Positions 1 through 10,303 of a DNA stretch of 64,000 nt are shown in pieces. The notes beneath the pieces were generated by a model. It was not told where the DNA came from and searched no databases. It saw only the letters and a program-made list of their open reading frames with translations. The position numbers were made by a program, and so were the translations under genes. The first letter of the stretch is position 1. Each line of letters opens with the position of its first letter. Origin of the DNA: Verrucomicrobiota bacterium (GTDB lineage Bacteria; Verrucomicrobiota; Verrucomicrobiia; Opitutales; Cerasicoccaceae). Where the stretch lies: assembly GCA_039818205.1 (NCBI GenBank), contig JBCBUK010000001.1:64001-128000 (forward strand), in the 5' to 3' direction.

Positions 1-987
1 CTCAACGCATCCAGCCGAGAGATCGTCCAAGAATGGGCGGAAAAACACGGGAACACGGTTTCTGATGAGCAAATCCTATACTTGCACAAATTGGGTTTTG
101 AAACCGACCGATCCAAATCACTAACTGCCCTTGCTATGACGACCCAGTCCGCCAATCCTCAACCACTGTTGCTCGAACCAATTCCAAATGCCCGTTGGCA
201 ACTCGTCGATGAGTTTTCGGACGAGTTTAACGCTACCGATATCAATACGGGGAAATGGAATAATAAACTGCGACCCTGGGGTGAGCGCGCATGGTCGACC
301 GACAATCTTTGGCAACAAGACGGCAAGCTCTTCATTCAAGCCCGCTACGAACCGCATGTGGGTCCCGATGGCAACGACTACTTCTACAAAGTAGGCATCC
401 TGCAAACCCTGAAGAAAACGACGTATGGCTACTTTGAAGCCCGCATCAAGGGCAGCAGCCTATTCCCTGGCATGTGCCCAGCGTTTTGGCTCTACAGCAA
501 TGGCCGGGAGCGCAATCCAGACTACCCTCACGTCACCTACAGTGAGATCGATATCGTCGAACTGCAGATGGGCGAATATGACATGAAGACCAAGAAGCGA
601 CACGGCATTAACTACATCGATTTGAATCTGCATTGCCGTATCATCAAAGATGGCAAAGAGATTTGGCAGCGACCAAACAGCCTTCCCGAAGTCTGCAAAC
701 ATGGCTGGGAAGCACCCTGGGATCCTCGCGACGATTTTCACGTTTATGCGGTAGAGAACACACCAGAGAAAATCACCTGGTACATTGACGGCAAGAAGGT
801 CGCCGAAGAAGACAATCTCTATTGGCACCTGCCCATGAACCTAACGCTCACCATGGAGCTGCGCCCGCCTTACATCGATTGGGCCGGCGTCGATGGCCGT
901 GTGCCCGTCCCCGAGGCGTCAAGGCCGGACGGATTCCCGACCCATATGGAGGTCGACTACGTGCGCAGCTGGGTTCGGGAAGACTAG
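1..987 (+). CDS. GH16 glycoside hydrolase, kappa-carrageenase-like (frame open to the window's left edge; alternative start ATG 136)
   Basis: FSDEFN motif, YGYFEARIK, catalytic YSEIDIVELQ (ExDxxE, resembling kappa-carrageenase EIDVVE), FHVYA, C-terminal MEVDYVRSW; no stop codon in frame 1 from base 1. Confidence 0.85.
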   Translation, partial: LNASSREIVQEWAEKHGNTVSDEQILYLHKLGFETDRSKSLTALAMTTQSANPQPLLLEPIPNARWQLVDEFSDEFNATDINTGKWNNKLRPWGERAWSTDNLWQQDGKLFIQARYEPHVGPDGNDYFYKVGILQTLKKTTYGYFEARIKGSSLFPGMCPAFWLYSNGRERNPDYPHVTYSEIDIVELQMGEYDMKTKKRHGINYIDLNLHCRIIKDGKEIWQRPNSLPEVCKHGWEAPWDPRDDFHVYAVENTPEKITWYIDGKKVAEEDNLYWHLPMNLTLTMELRPPYIDWAGVDGRVPVPEASRPDGFPTHMEVDYVRSWVRED

Positions 988-998
988 CGAAACTCCAG

Positions 999-2561
999 CT
1001 AGATTTTCAGTTTTGCCTGAATTTGTTCGATCGTGAGGTTCTTGGTTTCCGGCAGCAGCGGTACGATAACCACGAAGCCAACCGCAACGAATCCCGCGTA
1101 AGTCAGGAAGATGTCCCCCGCACCCATATTCGAGAGCTGCCACGGGAAGAACATCTGCACGATATAGCTCGTCACACTGGATATCAGCACGAACGCTGGA
1201 ATCGCCGCTCCGCGAATTGAGGTCGGGAATATCTCGGAAAACACCACCCACATAATCGGGCCAATCGAAAACTGAAACGCTGCGATGAAGCTCAATACAC
1301 CAAAGAGAATTAAGTTATTGTTGATGTCGACCGCTTGCTCAATGAGTTCGCTTGATTTAGCACGCGCGACTTCCTCGCCCAAGGTTTCTTCCAGCGCTCG
1401 CTTGAACTCGATATCACTCCCGTAGACGGAGCCAACCATGGGTTCTAGGAGCGAGGGATCCTCCAAGTGCTCCTGCAACTCCACTAGCGAGTCACTGGTC
1501 AGCGTGTATTCCGCACTTTTGAACCCGTAGGTGCATACCAGCAAACTGGTAATGACCCATAGCAGGCCAACAATCACCATCGGGCGCCGCCCTGCGCGGT
1601 CAACAAACGCCAGCGATAGAAAGGTGAAAATGACACTAACTACCCCAACCCACACAGCCTGAACAAACGCGGTATCGGTGCCGCCTCCGAGCTGCTCAAA
1701 TACCGTCGGGGCGTAGAACAATATCGCATTGATGCCGGTCGCCTGCTGAACAACAGCGAAGGTAAACGCCACGATCACCACCATGCGCAGGCGGGGCGAA
1801 AAGAGTTCACCCAGTTGCTTGACCAATGGCTCATCCTCGTGTCCGACCATGCTTGATTTGATACTTTTGATTTCTTGTTCGATCTGGTCGGAATACCCAA
1901 TTCTCTCAAGCGCCTTGCGCGCGTCACCTTCTCGTCCCTTGAAGACGAGCCAGCGGGGGCTTTCGGGCACCAAAAACAACAGGCCCAGCCAGATAATTGC
2001 GGGCACGATCTCCGAGCCCAACATCCAACGCCAGGTGTATTGCTCAATCCCGATTGCCTGGACCCACCCTGCTCCGGAGTCAGAAGCATTCAAGATCAAG
2101 AGGTTCACGAAATATGCTCCCGACAACCCAACCACGATATTTATCTGATTGGTTGCGACCAGCTTGCCCCGCCAATTTGCAGGGGCCACCTCTCCGATAT
2201 ACATCGCAGCGAGGGTCAATGAGCAAAACGCCAAACCTCCGACAAACCGCGCCGCCACAAGGGTCAAAAAACTGGGCGCAATCGCCGAGGTCACGGCAGA
2301 GACCAAATAGAGCGCAGCTACTAGAATCAGCGAAGCTTTTCGACCGTATCGGTTGCAAACGAAACTCGCCAGCGGCAATGCGAAGAGCACACCGAGCCCC
2401 GGCGCACTAACAACGGTTCCGACCTGCAGCTCGTCCAAACCGAACTCTTCGGTAATGAATCGAACCGTTCCTGAGATCACGGCGGCATCAAGACCGAAGA
2501 TAAAGCCACCGAAGGCAACAATGATAGCAAAGAGAAAGGATTTCTTTTCCGGGGTATTCAT
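999..2561 (-). CDS. MFS sugar porter family transporter
   Basis: GGFIFGLD, RYGRK, MYIGEVAP..WRG, PESPRWL, QQATGINAILFYAP, PETK sugar-porter motifs. Confidence 0.92.
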   Translation of the reverse strand: MNTPEKKSFLFAIIVAFGGFIFGLDAAVISGTVRFITEEFGLDELQVGTVVSAPGLGVLFALPLASFVCNRYGRKASLILVAALYLVSAVTSAIAPSFLTLVAARFVGGLAFCSLTLAAMYIGEVAPANWRGKLVATNQINIVVGLSGAYFVNLLILNASDSGAGWVQAIGIEQYTWRWMLGSEIVPAIIWLGLLFLVPESPRWLVFKGREGDARKALERIGYSDQIEQEIKSIKSSMVGHEDEPLVKQLGELFSPRLRMVVIVAFTFAVVQQATGINAILFYAPTVFEQLGGGTDTAFVQAVWVGVVSVIFTFLSLAFVDRAGRRPMVIVGLLWVITSLLVCTYGFKSAEYTLTSDSLVELQEHLEDPSLLEPMVGSVYGSDIEFKRALEETLGEEVARAKSSELIEQAVDINNNLILFGVLSFIAAFQFSIGPIMWVVFSEIFPTSIRGAAIPAFVLISSVTSYIVQMFFPWQLSNMGAGDIFLTYAGFVAVGFVVIVPLLPETKNLTIEQIQAKLKI

Positions 2562-2697
2562 GGAGTTTAGAGAATGACAATCTCCATCAAAGATAGAATA
2601 CGAACCTTCAGCAAGCCAAGATCATGTATCTTTTGGTCAATGGCCCTCACCAAACACCAAGCGCGTCGTCCGATCCGCAGACGAGGCCACGATCTCC

Positions 2698-3588
2698 CTA
2701 CTGACCTCGAGGGTCGAAGGCGTCCCGCAGACCGTCACCCACCGCATTGAGGGAGAACAGCGTGGCGGAGAAAAACAGCGCTGGGAAAACCAACTGCCAC
2801 GGATATTCTTCCATATTTTCAGCGCCTACCTTCAGCAGGTCACCCCAACTGGTCATTGGGGCTTGCACGCCCAGGCCAAGGAAGCTGATGAAAGCTTCGA
2901 GCAACATCACACTCGGCACCGTAAGAGTCCCGTAAACAATGATGACACTCGCCAAATTTGGCAACAAATGGCGGGCGGCTATCTGCGACTCGGACTGGCC
3001 CAGGGCCCGCGCCGCCTGAACAAATTCTCGGACTTTCAACTCCAGGGCTTGTCCCCGAACGATCCGCGCCATCGTGAGCCACTCAACCGCCCCAATTGCC
3101 ACAAAGATCAGCCAGAAGTGGCGGCCAAAAAACGTGACTAGCAGGATCACAAAAATGACAAAAGGCAGCGCTTGAATAATTTCGACCCCGCGCATCATTG
3201 CTCGGTCGGTATTTCCTCCCGAAAGACCGGAGCCCAAACCATAGACGACGCCAATGAGCAAAGAGACGATGGTGGCGAGCAGGCCAACCGCGAATGATAT
3301 TCGCCCGCCGTAGAGCACACGTGCGAAAAGATCCCGGCCGAGGGTATCCGTCCCCATCCAGTGAGCCGCTGACGGTGCCTGGGCTCCGAGCTCGAGATTA
3401 GTGTCCTGATAATCAACTGAAAGGAATACGGGTCCAATCAGGCACAGTGCAACGATAGCGGTCAGTACAATTGCCCCAGTAACCGCTAATTTATTATGCA
3501 ACCAACGATTCCAGGCATCCGCCCATGGTGATCGCGATTGGCTCGAGCTTAGCGGGTTGTCAGAAGTCTGTTTCTGGGCATTTGGCAT
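2698..3588 (-). CDS. Oligopeptide/dipeptide ABC transporter permease (OppC/DppC-like)
   Basis: HWMGTDTLGRD, EFVQAARALG (EAA loop), HLLPN, SFLGLG, GDGLRDAFDP. Confidence 0.9.
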   Translation of the reverse strand: MPNAQKQTSDNPLSSSQSRSPWADAWNRWLHNKLAVTGAIVLTAIVALCLIGPVFLSVDYQDTNLELGAQAPSAAHWMGTDTLGRDLFARVLYGGRISFAVGLLATIVSLLIGVVYGLGSGLSGGNTDRAMMRGVEIIQALPFVIFVILLVTFFGRHFWLIFVAIGAVEWLTMARIVRGQALELKVREFVQAARALGQSESQIAARHLLPNLASVIIVYGTLTVPSVMLLEAFISFLGLGVQAPMTSWGDLLKVGAENMEEYPWQLVFPALFFSATLFSLNAVGDGLRDAFDPRGQ

Positions 3589-3603
3589 AATGGTTATCGC
3601 ACC

Positions 3604-4467
3604 TTAGCCCGCTTTGTGATCGTAAGCCTCTGATAATCGCTCCCACATCTCGTCACATATCTTTCGCACCGGTGCACTTAGCTCAATATCTTTGCCTTTG
3701 CTCACCGACCCACTGTGAATCTCCTCTCCAGCATTCGCTGGTGGGGAAAATCCTAGCATGCCGTAAATCTTTGACAGGTTTTCAAACGGCGCTTCAGCAA
3801 ACGATTCATACTTCATGAGGTGAACCCGTGGCTCTGATTCCAATTTTTGCTCGAAATAGAAGCGATTACGGACAACCCAAAAAAGCGCTGCCGCATCATA
3901 CGGATTCATATCCTCTGAATAGTGGGAATTGATCAACTCACGAGTTTCCTCCGGGACGCGGTCCGCCCGCCAATTTTGAGAGTCGCCGTTTACGATGGGC
4001 TCTAGATTCTTCTTCCCGTTATCCATTCCAAACTTGCTCAGATTCGAATTTGCAACGTGGAGGTAGTGACGGAAGATCCAAACACCAATGCCATTGGGAA
4101 ATTCATCCAGAAGATCCCTGGCCCGCTGGCTTTCAACCAGGGGCTTCATCAGAATAATCGGGCAGGTGTTCTGGCTGATTTGCCGACGGAGGCGGCTGGT
4201 TTCATGCAGTCGCAGTTGCTCATCCCCATCGAGGGATAGCTCACTGTATTCTCCGTAGCCCTTGATGCGCCCATCCTTTGCCAATGCGCGGTTGAGCGCG
4301 GTGGTACCGGACCGCTGGTCGCCAAAAATGAACAGTAATCGCTTCGAGTAGAGAGGCCCAAAAACCTGCCGATACCAACTCTTGTGCGATACCTTGCGGT
4401 TGAATTGACTGCAGGCCGAATTGATACGTGTTCGCAGCCGGATTTTCTCTCTCAACTCATCAATCAT
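3604..4467 (-). CDS. Sulfotransferase-family protein
   Basis: IFGDQRSGTTAL PAPS-binding loop; later IFR...VANS and YESF..P motifs. Confidence 0.7.
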   Translation of the reverse strand: MIDELREKIRLRTRINSACSQFNRKVSHKSWYRQVFGPLYSKRLLFIFGDQRSGTTALNRALAKDGRIKGYGEYSELSLDGDEQLRLHETSRLRRQISQNTCPIILMKPLVESQRARDLLDEFPNGIGVWIFRHYLHVANSNLSKFGMDNGKKNLEPIVNGDSQNWRADRVPEETRELINSHYSEDMNPYDAAALFWVVRNRFYFEQKLESEPRVHLMKYESFAEAPFENLSKIYGMLGFSPPANAGEEIHSGSVSKGKDIELSAPVRKICDEMWERLSEAYDHKAG

Positions 4468-4569
4468 TGGCCAGGATTATCGAGCGAGACGCCGGGTTTT
4501 CAATGGCAAAGCAAGGAGCTCCGACAGATCTCGTTTCTCCCGCAAACGACATGCTACAAGAAACCAGCA

Positions 4570-5265
4570 CTAGCGAATAGCCTCGTGAATCGCGACAATG
4601 CCAAAGGTCAACGGACGGGCATTAACCGAGGAGAAGCCTGCCTCACGGATCTGGGCGCTCAGCTCACTGCGGCTCGGGAAGCCTTCAATGGAACACGCTA
4701 AGTAATCGTAGGCATTTTTCTTGCCGGTCGCAATCCCAGCTAAGGGTGGCAGAATGAACTTGAGATAAAGATAATAAAATGGACGAAACCAGCTGTAGGG
4801 CTGGGAAAACTCTAGAATGTATGCCCGGCCACCCGGCCTCAAAGATCGACGCATTTCTCGCAAGCCCTTGATCCGATCTTCGAAATTGCGAACCCCGAAC
4901 GCGATCGTAATCACGTCGGTCGAATCATCATCCAGGGGTAGATCCATACAATCGCCAAAGGCGAAGCCGATGCGATTATCCTTGAATCGCTCCTGCTGTT
5001 TGGACCGCGCCTCATCGAGCATTGGCTCGCAGAAATCCAAGCCAGTCAGCTGGGTAGATTCTGGAAGGCGATCACGCATCGCAAAGGCCACATCGCCACT
5101 GCCGGTCGCCAAATCAACAACGGTCTGGGGCTCTACCCGGGCAACCATCTTGACCAGAACATGGCGCCAATAGAAATCGACGCCACCACTGAGCAAATGA
5201 TTCGCAGCATCGTAGCGATGCGCGATTTCACCAAACATCTGACTGATTGCGGCTCCCTGAGGCAT
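4570..5265 (-). CDS. ubiE: UbiE/MenG quinone biosynthesis C-methyltransferase
   Basis: [41 protein letters not shown] motifs. Confidence 0.9.
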   Translation of the reverse strand: MPQGAAISQMFGEIAHRYDAANHLLSGGVDFYWRHVLVKMVARVEPQTVVDLATGSGDVAFAMRDRLPESTQLTGLDFCEPMLDEARSKQQERFKDNRIGFAFGDCMDLPLDDDSTDVITIAFGVRNFEDRIKGLREMRRSLRPGGRAYILEFSQPYSWFRPFYYLYLKFILPPLAGIATGKKNAYDYLACSIEGFPSRSELSAQIREAGFSSVNARPLTFGIVAIHEAIR

Positions 5266-5329
5266 AATCCTTCACTTATGCCCCAAGTTTTGGACCATGA
5301 CAACATTTGCCTGAAGATTCGAAGAAAAA

Positions 5330-6982
5330 CTAGGTCACCCCAGGGCGATCTTCGTCTACGGAATCATTAGAATCCGAGCCCTCATCGCCTCCATTTCCCA
5401 GCTGTTCTGCCTCTTTAAAGCTGGCCACAACCCATTCCGAAATGTCCTTGTCAGGATTTCGAGCAGTCTCGTCGGTTATGGTGAACGCACTTCGCCCCGT
5501 GTTGCGGGCGATGATATTCAGGGCGTGAGGAAAGTCCTTGAACTGATCATCACAGATCGTCCGCAATGTCCGATCCTGCTCTGCGGCAATTTCGATCAAG
5601 ACATCCGCTGCCCCGTCCGTGAACGTTAAACGGAAACCATACTCACTTTCGAACGCATCTGCAAATGCCTCAAGGTCACCCCTCCAAACTTCGGTCATCA
5701 GGTGCTTGTGATCCACAATCAACTTCGTCAGCGCGTCTTCGGGCGCCGCAATCATGTCTGTGGTAACCTCAAAGGATTTGATCGCCGTGGATGGCAGCTC
5801 AAATTTGTAATTTCGGAAAATCCGCTCCAAGACAGTCATGAGGCCGCGGGCTCCCGTTTTCTCTTCGTAAGCCTGCCCCGCAATTTCAGTGATCGCTTCC
5901 GGAGTGATTTCAAAATCAATGCCATAGCCCTTAAAGTCTCGCCGATACTGCTTCAGCAGTGAGCCTTCCGAACTTGTGAGGATCGCGGCTAAATCGTCGG
6001 GTTTGAGGCTTTCGCATCCCACTCGAACCGGGATACGTCCGATGAACTCAGGCTCAAAGCCGTAGTCGATAAAGTCCCGCGTTGCGGCCTGCTGAAGGTA
6101 GCTGAAAAGATCTTCCTCACTCGAAACCGAAGCGGCAAAACCGATCGAGGCCTGATCGACCCGTTTTTTGATCTTCTCCGCTAGTTGGTCAAAGGCACCG
6201 CTTACGATGAAGAGGATGTGCCGCGTATTGATCGAGCGGCGGTTGGGCTTCTTGCCGCGGCCGCCCCCCATCATCGCCTGCATTTGCCCCATGATGTCGT
6301 TCGGAGAGAATAAATTAACCTCCGTATCCTCCATGAGTTTGAGCAGGTTGATTTGAACCCCGCGGCCCGAGACATCCTTGCCGCCCGACATGCTTCCGGA
6401 AGAGGCGATTTTATCGATCTCGTCGATATACACGATGCCGTACTGAGCAAGCTCGACATTGCCGTTGGCGGCCTTAACCAAGTCCCGAACTAAATCCTCA
6501 ACGTCGGAGCCGACATAACCGGTCTCAGAAAACTTCGTCGCATCGGCTTTCACAAACGGCACCCCGATGTAACGTGCGATATTACGCATTAAATACGTTT
6601 TGCCGACGCCAGTTGGCCCCAGTAGCAAAATATTCTGTTTCGCGTAATCCTGTTCCGTCAGGCGGGGATTCTCCAAACATTGGCGAATGTGGTTGTAGTG
6701 ATCGCAGATCGCGACCGAAAGCACCTTCTTCGCATCGTATTGTTTGATTACGAATCGATTCAAATGGTCACGGATATCTTTGGGCTTGAGGTTAAAATCC
6801 CGTATCCGACGCAGCGTTTCCTCATCCTCGGGACGCTCTTCTACGACATCTTCCTCTGATTCGTCAGATTCTCCGGTTGGAAAGCTGGGGTGAACTCCCA
6901 TTACTTTTGCGCCAGGTGGCAGAACTCCCTGTAATTTTTTTTGTAATTCTTCGAATAAATTTCCGTCATCTTTATCACTCAT
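5330..6982 (-). CDS. ClpX-like AAA+ ATPase lacking the N-terminal zinc-binding domain, with a C-terminal extension
   Basis: Walker [13 protein letters not shown] pore loop, Walker B IDEIDKI, DVSG.GVQ, IGF loop, PEFIGR, TGARGL. Confidence 0.85.
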   Translation of the reverse strand: MSDKDDGNLFEELQKKLQGVLPPGAKVMGVHPSFPTGESDESEEDVVEERPEDEETLRRIRDFNLKPKDIRDHLNRFVIKQYDAKKVLSVAICDHYNHIRQCLENPRLTEQDYAKQNILLLGPTGVGKTYLMRNIARYIGVPFVKADATKFSETGYVGSDVEDLVRDLVKAANGNVELAQYGIVYIDEIDKIASSGSMSGGKDVSGRGVQINLLKLMEDTEVNLFSPNDIMGQMQAMMGGGRGKKPNRRSINTRHILFIVSGAFDQLAEKIKKRVDQASIGFAASVSSEEDLFSYLQQAATRDFIDYGFEPEFIGRIPVRVGCESLKPDDLAAILTSSEGSLLKQYRRDFKGYGIDFEITPEAITEIAGQAYEEKTGARGLMTVLERIFRNYKFELPSTAIKSFEVTTDMIAAPEDALTKLIVDHKHLMTEVWRGDLEAFADAFESEYGFRLTFTDGAADVLIEIAAEQDRTLRTICDDQFKDFPHALNIIARNTGRSAFTITDETARNPDKDISEWVVASFKEAEQLGNGGDEGSDSNDSVDEDRPGVT

Positions 6983-7166
6983 GATTGCCTTAAATTGCGT
7001 TGGTTTGATCGATTTTGGCTAAATTAGAGGGTTTCAGCCAATGGTAAAAAATTTCCTAACTAATAGATGATGAATGACTAAATAATGTTTGACACTTGTC
7101 TCGGGATCAATGACGATCTCAACTCCCTTCGGAAACGTTGTCCTCTACGAATCCAACACAACTGCC

Positions 7167-7523
7167 ATGTCCGGGAATCTCACCAAACGCGATATCGTTC
7201 TTAAAATCTACGATAAAACTAACTTTCCACAAAAGGAAGTTCGCGAGACGGTGCAATTGACTCTGGACGCGATTGCCGAAGCACTTGCAGAGGGGCGCAA
7301 TGTTGAATTGCGCAATTTTGGTGTTTTCGAAGTGCAATTGCGCAAGAGCCGCATTGGTCGCAACCCCAACCGCCCGGAGAAGGATGTCGTCATCCCGAAA
7401 CGCGCGGTTATTAAATTCAAGGCCGGCAAAGAGCTCAAGGCCCACCTCAAAGACTTGAATCTCGACGATCTCGAGCATCACGTTGCCAACGGCACGGGTG
7501 CGACCGATCCCGACGATGATTAG
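7167..7523 (+). CDS. HU/IHF family DNA-binding protein
   Basis: LTKRDIV, VELRNFGVFEV, GRNP arm, FKAGKELK; start taken at ATG 7167. Confidence 0.92.
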   Translation: MSGNLTKRDIVLKIYDKTNFPQKEVRETVQLTLDAIAEALAEGRNVELRNFGVFEVQLRKSRIGRNPNRPEKDVVIPKRAVIKFKAGKELKAHLKDLNLDDLEHHVANGTGATDPDDD

Positions 7524-7816
7524 GCAGATCTCCTGCCTTTCATGACTGGCCCGAACTGCCTGAGTTTGGGTGGTTTTCGTGTGGTTCATTGGTCAATAGC
7601 TGAAACAGGCTCGTGACGGAATTGTTCCTTGTCGCCGGCCGCGAAACGCGTCAGCTGGTATCCATTTGCCGATGCCCCACCGAAATATTTGGGCCCTCAT
7701 CGCGACATTTCGAGCCCGATTGCTCCGAAAAGGAATCACACTTCAGCATTGCGCTAGGCTCTATTGGGCATAGCGTTCTCCGCTTTTCTGAAAACAAACC
7801 ATAACCGACCAACGAT

Positions 7817-9148
7817 ATGCCCAGCTATAAAACCCTTCCCGGATTTCGAGAATTCTATCCCGAAGACTGTTCGCTGCGCAATCATCTGTTCAATGTTTGG
7901 CGGCAGGCCGCGAAGCGAGCGGGATTTCTGGAGTATGATGGCCCTGTTTTGGAGTCTCTCGAGCTATTGACCGCTAAATCTGGCGACGAGATCGTTGGTC
8001 AGCTCTTCAATTTTGTCGATAAAGGTGGACGCGAGATCACCCTGCGCCCGGAACTAACGCCTACCCTAGCCCGCATGGTTGGCGCCAAAGCCAATAGCCT
8101 GAAGCGCCCGGTAAAATGGTTCAGTATTGGGGAAAACTTTCGATACGAGCGCCAGCAGAAAGGTCGCTTGCGCTCTTTCTACCAATTCAACGCGGATATC
8201 CTTGGCGAGCCAGGCCCAATCGCTGATGCGGAGGTTATCGGACTTTTGGTTGAGAGTCTTTGTGCCCAAGGCATCGGTGTTGGTGAGTTTATTGTTCGCC
8301 TAAGCGACCGCGATTTATGGTATTTTTTCGTCGAAAGCCTTGGATTTAACGAGGAGCAGGCGAACGGTGCACTTGGGATTATCGACAAGATGGAGCGCAC
8401 GCCAGCAGACAAAACGCTCAAGGCACTCACCGATCTTGGCATTTATTCTCCGGACGAAAAACTCACCGCAATCACGGAATTCATGGAGCTCGCCAACGTG
8501 GATGCAATCGAGCAATACCTGGCAGCCCGTACGATCGAAGATTCAGTGAAAGAGCGGCTCGACAGCCGCCTGGCTGCTTGGCGTGAGCTAATCGTGCTCT
8601 TGGAAGCCGCCGGTTTGAGCGAATTTGTGAAACTGGACCTACGCATCGTCCGCGGACTGGCCTACTACACCGGATTTGTGTTCGAGGCATTCCAAACTGT
8701 CGGCTCGGGTCGAGCACTCGCTGGCGGGGGACGCTATGATCACCTGGTCCAGAAACTTGGCGGCCCAGCCATGCCAGCTGTGGGATTCGGCATGGGCGAT
8801 GTTACGCTACGCGATCTACTCGAGGAGCTCAATCGGCTTCCCCGCTTGGTCGATAAGGCAGACATCTATCTGATCTACCAAGGCGAAGCTGGTCGAAATG
8901 CAGCATTGGGAGACGCCTATGCTCTTCGCCGCCAAGGACTTAGAACTGAGTTCCCATTCAAAGAAGTTGGCTTTGGCAAACAATTTAAGCTAGCCGACCA
9001 ATCAGGCGCTGATTTCGCTGTCATTTATGGCCCAGACGAACTGGCCAAGGGCGAAGTCCGCGTAAAGCACCTCCGATCGGGCGAAGAGAAAACGATAGAA
9101 GCCGCCACCTTAGTCGGCAGCATGCTTGCGCTTTGGAGAGAAGGCTAA
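7817..9148 (+). CDS. hisS: Histidine--tRNA ligase
   Basis: LRPELTP, FRYERQQKGRLR.FYQ, RGLAYYTG, GGGRYD, AVGFGMG, C-terminal anticodon-binding domain. Confidence 0.97.
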   Translation: MPSYKTLPGFREFYPEDCSLRNHLFNVWRQAAKRAGFLEYDGPVLESLELLTAKSGDEIVGQLFNFVDKGGREITLRPELTPTLARMVGAKANSLKRPVKWFSIGENFRYERQQKGRLRSFYQFNADILGEPGPIADAEVIGLLVESLCAQGIGVGEFIVRLSDRDLWYFFVESLGFNEEQANGALGIIDKMERTPADKTLKALTDLGIYSPDEKLTAITEFMELANVDAIEQYLAARTIEDSVKERLDSRLAAWRELIVLLEAAGLSEFVKLDLRIVRGLAYYTGFVFEAFQTVGSGRALAGGGRYDHLVQKLGGPAMPAVGFGMGDVTLRDLLEELNRLPRLVDKADIYLIYQGEAGRNAALGDAYALRRQGLRTEFPFKEVGFGKQFKLADQSGADFAVIYGPDELAKGEVRVKHLRSGEEKTIEAATLVGSMLALWREG

Positions 9149-9319
9149 GGACTTCTCTGAAAAATCGGTATCATCTAAAAAACTTCTGAAGCGTTTGCAA
9201 AGAATTCGCTAATCTTTCCTCCGCCATGCATTTAGGGGATTTCGGAAGACAATACCTATTGTCAAAGTGATATCCCAGTGCTACTGATCAGTGACACAAT
9301 CAATTGAGCACCTAACGAC

Positions 9320-9787
9320 ATGAAGTTAAAAAATCTCATCGCGATTCTGATCGTCGGCTTTCTGGGCTATTTTGGTTATAAGTATTTAGTTACCAATTTC
9401 AGTTCCGAAGCGATGGTCTACAAACGCTTCGCAAATGCTCTTCTGGATGGAGATTCCGCCCGAATTAAGGGAATCCTAACCGAGGATCGCAGTGCGCTGG
9501 AAGCATTCGAGGCCGGAACGTTCAGGGATAAGCTGGTCAACGGTGACGTCCGTTTCTCTTGGTATGAATTCAAAGACAAACGCGTTTCCGCAGACGGCAA
9601 CACCGTGACCTTAATTGTCGTCCAAAACCTACGGGTCGATCCGCCGGGGAGTGACACGTTTTATGGCGAGGAAACTCGCCGAGATAAGCACGAGGTCACC
9701 TTGGTGAAGAACCAATCATCATGGGAAGTCGAATCGTTCCGAGATACTGCGACATCTCGATATCGAGCGGATCAACTTGCCAAGTAA
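9320..9787 (+). CDS. Hypothetical membrane-anchored protein (possible NTF2-like fold)
   Basis: N-terminal hydrophobic helix; C-terminal 'VTLVKNQSSWEV' strand pattern. Confidence 0.6.
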   Translation: MKLKNLIAILIVGFLGYFGYKYLVTNFSSEAMVYKRFANALLDGDSARIKGILTEDRSALEAFEAGTFRDKLVNGDVRFSWYEFKDKRVSADGNTVTLIVVQNLRVDPPGSDTFYGEETRRDKHEVTLVKNQSSWEVESFRDTATSRYRADQLAK

Positions 9788-9802
9788 GCGGTCCCTATTG
9801 GG

Positions 9803-10300
9803 ATGGAGTGGTTGTCTCAAAATCTAAAAATCGCCGGTGGAGCCTTGCTGCTCGCAGCCATTGCGATCTATTTCATTATTTCGGGAGAATCAGGTCCTGA
9901 AGCTGAAGTCAACCAGCGGCTCGACAAGCTCTGTGACCTCGTATCGTTTGAGTCTCCTGAGCCGCAGATTGAACAGATCACACGAGCCAAGAAGTTTTCA
10001 AATCTGTTCGTGGATTCGCCGTACTTGGTCGCCTGGAAGCTGAATAAAAGCATTACCGATAAAGACGCCCTAACCGGCCTTTTCGTGACGACTCGTCGCA
10101 TGGCGAATTCAGCCAATGTCAGCATGGGCAGTCGTCAGATTACGGTGGCACCAAGTGGGAAAAGCGCCACGGTAACTGCGACCATTAAAGGCAACGTCCA
10201 ATTCAAAGGAGACTCCGAAAGCTACAGTGGTCGCTATCGAATCCAACTGGAAAAAATCGGTGGCGACTGGTTGATATCAACCGTTGAGCCTCTTGATTAG
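9803..10300 (+). CDS. Hypothetical membrane-anchored NTF2-like protein
   Basis: N-terminal transmembrane helix; 'SATVTAT...YRIQLEKIGGDWLISTVE' typical of NTF2-like C-termini. Confidence 0.6.
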   Translation: MEWLSQNLKIAGGALLLAAIAIYFIISGESGPEAEVNQRLDKLCDLVSFESPEPQIEQITRAKKFSNLFVDSPYLVAWKLNKSITDKDALTGLFVTTRRMANSANVSMGSRQITVAPSGKSATVTATIKGNVQFKGDSESYSGRYRIQLEKIGGDWLISTVEPLD

Positions 10301-10303
10301 TCA

